Source of the DNA: a virus
Lineage: Duplodnaviria; Caudoviricetes
Length of the DNA stretch: 64,000 bases
Reading direction: 5' to 3' (one strand)
Virus record (IMG/VR): IMGVR_UViG_3300032038_000015
Location: 67,992 to 131,991 of that record
The stretch's first letter is position 1. Each line of letters begins with the position of its first letter. This document shows, one piece after another, positions 1 through 8,504 of this stretch. A program made the translations under genes and the position numbers. Below the pieces are notes generated by a model. The model made no database searches. It had not been told where the DNA came from and worked only from the letters and a program-made list of their open reading frames with translations.

Positions 1-541
1 GGAATCGCTGTTCATGCAGCCAAGTATCCTAACGTATTCCGTAGACCATACGGTACTTGAGTCGAGGATAAAGGTTCAACGACTAGATTCATGTCGAGTT
101 ACCGACTTGAGAATAAGGGTGGAAATCCCGAATATCGGTAACAAAAATCGTAGGGCGCAATCGCAAATGGCGTGGGTGAAATCCCCTTAAATCGAAAAAG
201 TATACTCCTCTTCTATTTAATAGAAAGGATGAAGAAATAGTCTAAACGTTATACGAAAGTATAAGAAGTTATTGCTTAATAAAGATGGTGGATTGAATGG
301 AAAATTTTAAGTGTAAATCTATAAGACTATGTAGATATTTATATAGTTTAGGTTTTGATAAACAATCAAAGTTTGATAAAAACAATAATGAATATTGGTT
401 ATTTAAGAAATCTGATGAATTACAAAAAGCATTAGATTTCTTTTTTATTTGATAGTTTGGTAAAGTATAAAGCAATCGAAAAAATAAAATAAATATTTAA
501 GCAATAACTTTCTATGTTTTGCGAGCATAGATAATAAATTG
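1..541 (+). ncRNA. Group I intron 1 in tape-measure gene (5' part lies before the window)
   Basis: Core motifs in order: Q-like ATGCAGCCAAG (~14), R-like GGTTCAACGACTAG (~73), S-like AAGAAATAGTCTA (~232). Then a P9 GAAA hairpin TTATAC-GAAA-GTATAA, a long stem AAGTTATTGCTTAA (266-279) / TTAAGCAATAACTT (497-510), a terminal hairpin and G541, followed by in-frame tape-measure-like codons. Confidence 0.85.
297..452 (+). CDS. Small intron-encoded protein (51 aa, resembles DUF5659-type small phage proteins)
   Basis: MENFKCKSIRLCRYLYSLGFDKQSKFDKNNNEYWLFKKSDELQKALDFFFI, looped out by the 266-279/497-510 stem. Family call is from pattern memory only. Confidence 0.5.
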   Translation: MENFKCKSIRLCRYLYSLGFDKQSKFDKNNNEYWLFKKSDELQKALDFFFI

Positions 542-775
542 AGTTCAGATAAAGAAATGGAAGCCGTAGAATCCTCTCTTTCCTATAAAATCAACGCACT
601 CAAGGAAACTTGGGTTGGTTGTGTACAGGATATGATAGATCGAGGAGGCTTGGGTACAATTGTAACTGGTCTTACAAAGGTTTCAGAAGGAATCACTTTT
701 GTAATTGATAAATTGGGTATTCTTGGATCTATTGGATTAGGAGCAGGGATATTTGCAGGAATTAAAAATGTCGGT
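542..775 (+). CDS. Tape measure protein, internal exon (78 codons, SSDKEM...GIKNVG)
   Basis: Tape-measure-like amphipathic and Gly-rich hydrophobic sequence bounded by predicted splice sites. Joins in frame to 1799 (KNVG|IFKT). Confidence 0.8.
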
Positions 776-1247
776 AGGGATAAAATGTATTCCCTTAGTT
801 TTTGAATATGCCGACAACATGCATAATTTACTCTGGATACAGAGGTTTAAAGTATGTTATCCGTGAGATACACGGTGATAAATAAATAATTGGAACAATA
901 ATCGGGAACTGCGTACAACGGTCTGGTAATGCAGACGTATCACCACTCTCCTATTATGGCGACATAATTAGGTTCGTAAAAGCGTGACGCTCAAGGAATC
1001 CGATGGGACAGATCTCTCTGAGATAAGCCCTCACTGTAGCGACAACTTCCACATCAAGTTATATGCAACGATGCTTGATGAATATGCGCTCGATACTACC
1101 TGACACAACAGGACAATCTGTGATGGATTGTAAAATGCAGAAACTTATCTTCTGTTGTTTGAACATATCGTTCCTATGTGTATTGATAAGATGGAACAAA
1201 ACCAAGAAATCTCGATTTTCTGTCGAATAAACAGAGAATAATAAAAT

Positions 1248-1271
1248 AGAGAGTAGAATACTCTACTCTCT
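1248..1271 (-). terminator. Intrinsic terminator for the antisense peptide gene
   Basis: Perfect 10-bp stem AGAGAGTAGA/TCTACTCTCT followed by a T-rich tail on the - strand. Confidence 0.65.
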
Positions 1272-1310
1272 TATATATGAAAATGATATAATATTCCCTC
1301 ACTAGACTCA

Positions 1311-1394
1311 CTACATAAATTTGAGAACAATAACGAAAATTGTGACTGCAATCACAAATCCGCTAGTACCATTAAACTTAATAGTAAACTTCAT
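1311..1394 (-). CDS. 27-aa hydrophobic peptide (type I toxin-like), antisense within intron 2
   Basis: MKFTIKFNGTSGFVIAVTIFVIVLKFM with strong RBS AGGAGGG, an upstream promoter and a downstream terminator. Confidence 0.6.
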   Translation of the reverse strand: MKFTIKFNGTSGFVIAVTIFVIVLKFM

Positions 1395-1529
1395 AAAAAT
1401 CCCTCCTAACATACATTACATATATAAGGAGAAGTAAAGCTTTGTTCTTAAGCCTCAGTAAAGACAGCCGTGTAGATATTGTCTAGCTCCACATATCGCA
1501 CTGTTTTCAGTGCATCCACCTCAATGAAT

Positions 1530-1557
1530 ATTATATCACGAGTAAAGTTTCTGTAAA
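1530..1557 (-). promoter_or_regulatory. Sigma-A-type promoter driving the peptide transcript
   Basis: TTTACA-N16-TATAAT with an extended -10 (TGaTATAAT) on the - strand. Confidence 0.6.
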
Positions 1558-1619
1558 GTCTAAACGTTTGTTTTACTTTATGGAGAATAATAAAATAGAG
1601 GACAGTCGTGATGACACTA

Positions 1620-1665
1620 AAATAGCCACGCAAGCCCACTCCTTTAGGGGTGGGATGGATAGCAC
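1620..1665 (+). mobile_element. Solo IS200/IS605-family end remnant
   Basis: AATAGCCACGCAAGCCCACTCCTTTAGGGGTGGG has the same layout (AATAG..CGCAA-hairpin with CTTTAG loop) as the left end of the TnpB element at 28136-28185. Confidence 0.55.
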
Positions 1666-1672
1666 ATTTATT

Positions 1673-1723
1673 TTATTTTATATTATATATCCTACCACAA
1701 TTCGGACATTTATATGATACCAT
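1673..1723 (-). pseudogene. Truncated zinc-ribbon gene stub (MVSYKCPNCGRIYNIK)
   Basis: RBS AAAGGAGG and a TGaTATAAT promoter overlapping the 3' splice site. The ORF stops next to the IS end. Confidence 0.45.
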
Positions 1724-1798
1724 TTTGTATGCCTCCTTTTATATAAATCTACAATTACATTATTATTGTGTATCCACAACACATTATATCATAGTATG

Positions 1799-4700
1799 AT
1801 ATTCAAAACAATAACAGATGAATTAGGAAATACAAAATTATCAATCAATAACAGATTTAAAGGATTATTTAGCGGAGATTTTTTTAAGAAAAAAAGTATA
1901 TTAAGCGATGACGATATTTCTGCGATACAAGCGTATAATGCAGAAATAAACAGGGGGGTTACATCTCAAACTGCATTTTATAGAACAATGCAAAATGCTT
2001 CTGTAGAAGCACAAAATATGGCGGCATCTGCCAATGGAATGGTTGTTAATTTAGAACAAATTCCAAAAGTTTCTAAAGCGGGACAAGTAGCACTTAGAGG
2101 TCTTGCTATGGCTGGCAATATAGTTGCTGAAATTCTAGTAGGATTTGTAATATCTAAAGCTGTTGAAGGATTGGATAACTATATTCATCGAGTAGAAAAT
2201 GCCAAAAATGCTCTTGATGAATTTAATTCTTCGGTAAAAGAACAACAGAAAGATATTTCGTCACAGGAGTCATGGATTTCTGAAAATGGAAAACAATTTG
2301 AGGAATTATCAAAAGGTGTAGACAAATATGGTCATAATATATCATTGACATCTGACGAGTTTTCGGAATATAAAAATCTAACAAGTCAAATTGCTGAAAT
2401 GTTCCCTACTATGATTACTGGATATAATGAACAAGGCAGGGCAATATTAAAAAATAAAGGTAGTATTGAAGAACTTACAAAAGCATATCAAGAAAATCAA
2501 GATGCTTATTATGCTAATATCCGTTCTAAATCTACTAAAACTTTTGAGGATTATAAGACAGAAACTAAAGGTGATGTTAAGAAGAAAAATACTATTGAAG
2601 AGTTAATGAGTGGGAATTTATCTTCCAGGTCAATTAGGAACATACTTGGCAAAGAGGAAGGACAACTCATAGACATTGATAACAACAAAGGTATATCTTC
2701 TGCTGAAATACAAAATGCTTTAGGTAAAGACTTATACAATAAACTTTATGAAGAATTGAAGAAAATGCCAATAGGTAAATTTGATGCTTCATTTGAAGAT
2801 TTATCACCAGAACTCCAACAAAAAATCAAAGATATATATTCAAAATTAAATGATACAATAGATACAGAATCGGAAAAAGTGCGTCCTATTCTACAAGCAT
2901 ATTTACAAGGTGATACATCTGGATATGATGAATTAGACGCTGAAGCCCAAACTGCTGTCCAATCATTCATTCAAAACGTAGATAATTCTTTCTTCGAGAA
3001 TTTTAAAACTGATAACGACATGGAAACATGGATACGCCAGAATGTCGTTGAGCCTTTAAAAAATGGTGTAAATAGTGATGAATTAGCTGTAAAAATTCAA
3101 ACACTATTCTCTCTCGATCAAAAGGATTATAAAAGTTATCAGGATTATGTAAATGCTGTATTAGCTATTATAAATTCTTTGAGTAAGATGAAGGATAAAA
3201 ATGGCAATGTAATCTATAACGATAAACAAATAAATACGATGAAAACACAATTTGGCGTTGGCGATGTAGATTCGGATGGTAATGTATCTGGAAATAAATA
3301 TATAAGTTCCGTACAGGATAAGTTTAAAAATGTAAAAGGTGCAAAAGATTATATTACAGGATTAAATAAAGAAGAATTAGACACAGTTATGCACTATAAG
3401 CTTGAACCAGATAAAGATACATCTGTAAAAGATTTAAAAGATTTCATTAAAAACGAATTACAGCCAGAGGCAAATAAAAAAGAGGAGAAAGTAAAATTCT
3501 CTGTAGCATTTAATGATGGTGACTTTAAAGATGTAAAAGAAAAGCTTCTTGAACTTGCTAAGGCAGGACAACTAACACCGTATACAATATCTTCTACAAA
3601 AGAATATAATGCTTTATTAGAAGATACTGGATTATCTGCTGAAAAGGCATATAAAAAGATAATGAAAATTGCACAATCAGATATGAGTGAAGCTGATTGG
3701 AAAACTACACTTACAAATGCACGTTCTCAAATTGCTGAAATTAAAAATCTAAAAAAGGAATTAAAAAAGAACGGTGAGAGTTCTGATTTTATGGATACTA
3801 TTCTTGAAAAATTCCCACAGTTAATTGGTTATCTTGGTGATCAAAAGGGAATGCAAGAACAGTTAAATGAATTACAAAAGGAACAAGAAGATGTTGCCAA
3901 CAATGCATATATGCATATGGTTGAAAATAGTGAATCTTATTATTCGACATTAAAACGGAAAGAAGCAGAAAGATTAAAAACAACAAGCAATACAATAAAC
4001 AAAATAGTTAATGGTAACGCTGGTCTTGTGAAAGCTTTAGGTGGTTACTATAAAGTCGATTTAAGCAACTACGCTTCAATTGCTAAGGCGAAAGCTACAT
4101 TAGAAAAGAATTTAATAACAAATCTTGCTAGTGCGTGGAGCAAATTTTACAAAGTACAGGTAAATGCACAAACTGGATTAGCAGAAGTCCATAACGATAG
4201 CAAAACTGTCCCAAGTGAATATTTAGAAAAAGCCAACGGGGATTATGGTAAAGCTGTCAGTATGATGGTAAAGGAACAAAATAAACAAAAGAACTCTGCT
4301 TTGAAAGCAGCGAAAGCATACAATGAAGCGATAAAGGGTTTTAACTCAATTATAAAGAATCCAGGTGTATCTACAAATGTTAGCAGTAGTGGAGGAAATA
4401 ATAAATCTAAGAAAGCAAAAGCTACCTATCAAAAATTCTCTCAAACAATCGACTGGTGCGCTCAAACATTAAAGAAACTGTCTGCACAGATAGACAATGT
4501 ACAAGCAAAATTAAATAACACTTCTGCCCTATCGAAGCAGATTTCTTATTATAAAAAACTTGTAAAATCTCAAAACGAACTTGCTCAAAGTTATGAAAAA
4601 ACAGAAAATAAATACAACAAAGTGTATAAAAATGCTTTGAAAAAGTTGTCAAAATCAGACCAGAAAAAAGTTAGAGATGGTTCTTATACAATTGAACATT

Positions 4701-7369
4701 TTAAAGGTAAGGCTAAATCTGGTAAGAAATCTGGTGCTGAAAAAAGATACAATAATATTCAAAAAGCTTTGACCGCAAGGGATAATTATTTAGAAGCATC
4801 TACAAGCAGCGAGAATGAAAAGCAAAAGTTGGCTGAATATAGAGAGTCTTTAGCTTCTCTCAGATGGGAAAATGTAACTACAAAGGTTGAAAAGTTAAAT
4901 AATCAAATTAGCATTTTAGATACTCGTATGTCTAATGTAAGTGGATATGTTGCAAAAAATAAGGTGTTAAATGAACAATTATCATTGCAGAAAAAGATTG
5001 TGGATAAACAACAAGAAGCATATAAAGCAAATCAAAAGGATGCTAATTCTTATTATAAGAAAATTTCTGCCAAAAATAAAAAGAATAAAAATTCTGATGG
5101 CACAATTAAGACAACTGGTGTTACAAACAAAAAGCAATTATCTTATATTAAGACATATAACGCTTATTTAAAACAACAGAAAACTAATCTTGTTGAATTA
5201 AAACAGGCGCAAGAGGATTATTATAATACTATTATTAACGCCAAACAAACCGCTGCGGAAAATATTAAAACAGATTATGATAACAGAATATCTTTGGTTG
5301 ATGCGAAACGACAGGAATTAGAAAGTAAAGCATCATTAGCTGAGGCAAATGGACAAGTTGTTTCAGGCTCATATTATAAGTTAATTGCCAATAATTCTAA
5401 TCAGAAGTTGAAAATATTAAATGCCGAAAAAGATAAGCTTGAAGCACAAATGCAGGGAGTTAGAAAATATTCTGATTTATGGTACACTTTACAGGCGAAT
5501 ATTATTTCTGTAGATCAGTCAATTGCAGATGAAACTAAAAATGCTGTTGATAATATCAATAAGCAAGCAGAAGCATTGAAAAATTTGGCTGATGCAAAAA
5601 ATGATTATCTGAATTCAACATACGACACTTTGGATTGGATAAATAGTTTTGCCGATGAAGATGATTACTATGATGACGATGGTAATTATACGGATAAGGG
5701 TTATGCTGTAATGCATAATAAGCTTGCTCAAATTGAGATAAAGAAACAAGAAAGTGAAAATTATGAGAAATCCATAAGTGATTTAGATAAATTATACTAT
5801 TCAAAAAATAGTAAATTATCTGAAGCAGAATGGTTAAAACAGCGTAATGAATTAAATAAGAGTTATCAGCAGACACAAACTGATATTTACAATCAGGAAA
5901 AAGAATTAGCTGATATTAGAAATAAACAACTTGAACAACAGTCTGATAAGCTTAAAGACATCATAGACTTGAAGAAAAAGAGTTTGGATGCTGATAAATC
6001 TGAATATGACTATCAAAAGAGTGTTGCTGAAAAGACAAAGAATATTGCCAACTTGCAAAAACAACTTGCTATGTTAGAAGGAAACAATAGTGAGGAAGCT
6101 ATGGCTGAACGTCAGAAATTACAAAAAGAATTATCTGATGCAAAGGATGATTTAAAGGATACTCAATATGATAAATATCTAGACCGACTTGAAGATGCTT
6201 TTTCTGATTTAGAAGACAGATTCGATAAGCTTATTGAAGAAATGAAAAAGGAAGATGTGTCAACTACTACTGAAAATATTAAGACAGATGTTGAGGATAA
6301 TAATTCTAGTCGTGCTGAAAGTGGTAATAAGGAAATATTAGGTGAGAACGGATTACAGGTATTTGACAAGACAGCCAATTCTCTTATTACAGCAGGAACA
6401 AACATTGAGACAAAGGTAGATGATGTTAATACAAAATTAGATAAAATTGTAGAAGCTGTAATCAAAGATAGTAAAGAGGATGTTGGAAACGGCAACGGTA
6501 CTGTAAAAACTACAACTGATTTAGATAAAGTTCTTGGTAAATATGATGCGAAAAACAAATCACAAGACACAAAAGGTAAAAGTTCTATTACTAAATATTT
6601 AGCGAGCCAAGGTTATAAAACAAAGAGTTATGAAGGAATGTTGGATTTAGTTAATGGTATTCTAAATTCTGATTATGTTAGTGGTATGAATGGCGATGAT
6701 CGTACTGCACTGAGCAAAATTACAACAAAAGACCAACTTGACGGAAATAAGGATAAGAATGCTACTGCAAACAAAGACCTGATTACAAAATCCTTAAAAT
6801 ATGTTAAAGCAAATGAATTCATATCTAAAAACGCTATTGTTGGTAAGAAAAAGAGAGATGAATATAGTAAGGCAAACAGACACATATATGATAAGACTGG
6901 TGGTAAGATATTAAGTGAGAAGAATTTAAAGAAGCTTGCAGGTATTTTAAATGTATCTTATGATTCCAAGAAAATATATGATGCTTTGAAAGCTTGTGGA
7001 TACTCTCAAGGTGGTATTGTAGGAAAGGCTATTCGTGTAAATGGAGACGATGGTATAGCAACTCTTAAAACGGGTGAAGCTGTATTGACTCCTGCACAAA
7101 CAGATGCTTTAGTCGCATTGAGAAAGAATTTAGTACCATTAAATAATTTCATGAGTGCAATTAAAACAAATGTTCCAAATATACAAAGAGCTACTACTGC
7201 TACTACCACTATTGGTGACGTTAGTTTTGAGTTTAACTTGCCTAATGTTGTGGATAGTGAAACTCTTATTAAAACAATTCAAAGGGACACGAGAGTGCAG
7301 AAAACATTGCAAAATGCTACCGTAGGTCAGTTGAATGGTTCTAGTAGATTTAAAGTAAACAGATTATAA
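1799..7369 (+). CDS. Tape measure protein, 3' exon
   Basis: Very long coiled-coil ORF directly upstream of Dit and tail tip genes. No RBS at its nominal start. C-terminal GGIV...GEAVLT motif typical of tape measure ends. Confidence 0.88.
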   Translation: MFKTITDELGNTKLSINNRFKGLFSGDFFKKKSILSDDDISAIQAYNAEINRGVTSQTAFYRTMQNASVEAQNMAASANGMVVNLEQIPKVSKAGQVALRGLAMAGNIVAEILVGFVISKAVEGLDNYIHRVENAKNALDEFNSSVKEQQKDISSQESWISENGKQFEELSKGVDKYGHNISLTSDEFSEYKNLTSQIAEMFPTMITGYNEQGRAILKNKGSIEELTKAYQENQDAYYANIRSKSTKTFEDYKTETKGDVKKKNTIEELMSGNLSSRSIRNILGKEEGQLIDIDNNKGISSAEIQNALGKDLYNKLYEELKKMPIGKFDASFEDLSPELQQKIKDIYSKLNDTIDTESEKVRPILQAYLQGDTSGYDELDAEAQTAVQSFIQNVDNSFFENFKTDNDMETWIRQNVVEPLKNGVNSDELAVKIQTLFSLDQKDYKSYQDYVNAVLAIINSLSKMKDKNGNVIYNDKQINTMKTQFGVGDVDSDGNVSGNKYISSVQDKFKNVKGAKDYITGLNKEELDTVMHYKLEPDKDTSVKDLKDFIKNELQPEANKKEEKVKFSVAFNDGDFKDVKEKLLELAKAGQLTPYTISSTKEYNALLEDTGLSAEKAYKKIMKIAQSDMSEADWKTTLTNARSQIAEIKNLKKELKKNGESSDFMDTILEKFPQLIGYLGDQKGMQEQLNELQKEQEDVANNAYMHMVENSESYYSTLKRKEAERLKTTSNTINKIVNGNAGLVKALGGYYKVDLSNYASIAKAKATLEKNLITNLASAWSKFYKVQVNAQTGLAEVHNDSKTVPSEYLEKANGDYGKAVSMMVKEQNKQKNSALKAAKAYNEAIKGFNSIIKNPGVSTNVSSSGGNNKSKKAKATYQKFSQTIDWCAQTLKKLSAQIDNVQAKLNNTSALSKQISYYKKLVKSQNELAQSYEKTENKYNKVYKNALKKLSKSDQKKVRDGSYTIEHFKGKAKSGKKSGAEKRYNNIQKALTARDNYLEASTSSENEKQKLAEYRESLASLRWENVTTKVEKLNNQISILDTRMSNVSGYVAKNKVLNEQLSLQKKIVDKQQEAYKANQKDANSYYKKISAKNKKNKNSDGTIKTTGVTNKKQLSYIKTYNAYLKQQKTNLVELKQAQEDYYNTIINAKQTAAENIKTDYDNRISLVDAKRQELESKASLAEANGQVVSGSYYKLIANNSNQKLKILNAEKDKLEAQMQGVRKYSDLWYTLQANIISVDQSIADETKNAVDNINKQAEALKNLADAKNDYLNSTYDTLDWINSFADEDDYYDDDGNYTDKGYAVMHNKLAQIEIKKQESENYEKSISDLDKLYYSKNSKLSEAEWLKQRNELNKSYQQTQTDIYNQEKELADIRNKQLEQQSDKLKDIIDLKKKSLDADKSEYDYQKSVAEKTKNIANLQKQLAMLEGNNSEEAMAERQKLQKELSDAKDDLKDTQYDKYLDRLEDAFSDLEDRFDKLIEEMKKEDVSTTTENIKTDVEDNNSSRAESGNKEILGENGLQVFDKTANSLITAGTNIETKVDDVNTKLDKIVEAVIKDSKEDVGNGNGTVKTTTDLDKVLGKYDAKNKSQDTKGKSSITKYLASQGYKTKSYEGMLDLVNGILNSDYVSGMNGDDRTALSKITTKDQLDGNKDKNATANKDLITKSLKYVKANEFISKNAIVGKKKRDEYSKANRHIYDKTGGKILSEKNLKKLAGILNVSYDSKKIYDALKACGYSQGGIVGKAIRVNGDDGIATLKTGEAVLTPAQTDALVALRKNLVPLNNFMSAIKTNVPNIQRATTATTTIGDVSFEFNLPNVVDSETLIKTIQRDTRVQKTLQNATVGQLNGSSRFKVNRL

Positions 7370-7382
7370 AAATATATAAGGC

Positions 7383-7664
7383 GTGTGGACAAAACCATAC
7401 GTCTTATTTTTGTATAAGGATGTGAACAATTTGAAGAAAAGTGAAAAGATTGAAATATTAGAAAAAGAAAATGAAAGGCTTCAAAGTGAGTTGGATGAAG
7501 CAAAAAAATATTCACAAAAAATTGAAAGTTTATATGAAGAATTGAAAGAAAATTCTGATTCAGTGCGTGAATGTAAGGAAAGGTATAAACAGCTTATTCG
7601 TGAAGTTGAAGATATTAAAAAGAAATTAGTACAAGACATATTAGATAGAGGCATTCAGTTGTAA
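7383..7664 (+). CDS. Small coiled-coil protein (true start likely ~40 nt downstream)
   Basis: ORF between tape measure and Dit. Confidence 0.6.
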   Translation: MWTKPYVLFLYKDVNNLKKSEKIEILEKENERLQSELDEAKKYSQKIESLYEELKENSDSVRECKERYKQLIREVEDIKKKLVQDILDRGIQL

Positions 7665-7706
7665 AAGGCTGAGTGCTTATTTTTTTAGAAAGGAATGTGA
7701 GATGGA

Positions 7707-8504
7707 ATGGTTATAAATGCTACAGATTTTGAATTTTGTGGTGAAAAGTTATCTGAAAAAGGATACATAATTGCCACTATTGAGAATAATAGCACAGAAA
7801 CAATAACAGGGAACAACATAGAAATACTGTCAAATAGAAATCCATCTTCTATAAAAGATATTCAATATGGAATTAAATATGGAGATGCATTGGAAATAAA
7901 GTTACAAATCTTTAAATTTAACTGTAGCACTCAGGATACATCTCCAATTTCTTTTGTAGAGGAAGAAACAATTAAAAGATGGTTGGTAAGACCAACATAC
8001 AATTATATAAATTTTAATAATGACACAGATTTATATTTCAATGTTGCGATTACAGTAAACAACATAACAATCGGTGATGATTTGGTAGGGTTTGACATAA
8101 CGATGAAAAACGATAGTGCTTTTGGATATTCTAGTTTACGAAAAACTATCATTGAACCAAAAGAGGAATTAACGAATATATTAGACAATTCTAGTCTTGT
8201 TGGACGTATATATCCAAAATTTACAATTCAAATAACCGATACTAACGAATTTCAGTTTTTAAACACAAGTACAGGCGAAAGAATGAGAATAAATAATTGC
8301 ACTGCTAATGAGAAGATAACTGTAGATTGTGAGAACAAAATAATCACTACGAGTTACACAAATCATCAAGCAACATTGGCAAAGGATTTCAATTATGTAT
8401 ATCCTACTTTGGCTAATGATTATACAAGTAGGGACAACTATGTGAGGGCTATTCACGGAGAAGTAACTTTAGAATACAGATTTAGAAGGATGGTGTCAGT
8501 TTAA
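7707..8504 (+). CDS. Distal tail (Dit-like) protein
   Basis: Position after tape measure. N-terminal DFEFCGEKLSEKG, IKRWL and C-terminal FNYVYPTL motifs typical of siphovirus Dit. Confidence 0.75.
   Translation: MVINATDFEFCGEKLSEKGYIIATIENNSTETITGNNIEILSNRNPSSIKDIQYGIKYGDALEIKLQIFKFNCSTQDTSPISFVEEETIKRWLVRPTYNYINFNNDTDLYFNVAITVNNITIGDDLVGFDITMKNDSAFGYSSLRKTIIEPKEELTNILDNSSLVGRIYPKFTIQITDTNEFQFLNTSTGERMRINNCTANEKITVDCENKIITTSYTNHQATLAKDFNYVYPTLANDYTSRDNYVRAIHGEVTLEYRFRRMVSV

Larger units (their letters stand above)
776..1798 (+). ncRNA. Group I intron 2 in tape-measure gene, with cargo in the P9 domain
   Basis: Exon GTCGGT pairs with internal guide GCCGAC (U-G wobble at the 5' splice site). 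TTTTGAATAT pairs with 3' exon ATATTCAAAA (P10). P4 ATCGGG/TCCGAT, P3 TGGAA/TTCCA, P8 CATCAAG/CTTGATG. P9.0 ATACTA pairs with TAGTAT just before terminal G1798. Splicing restores the reading frame. Confidence 0.85.

Noticed and set aside
1395-1525. Known riboswitch or self-cleaving ribozyme in the peptide leader
   Set aside because: Structured, but I could not match it to a named family consensus. Reported only as a structured leader.
776-1798. IStron (intron-IS605 chimera)
   Set aside because: The IS-like end is internal, there is no tnpA/tnpB in the intron, and the splice sites are not formed by IS ends.
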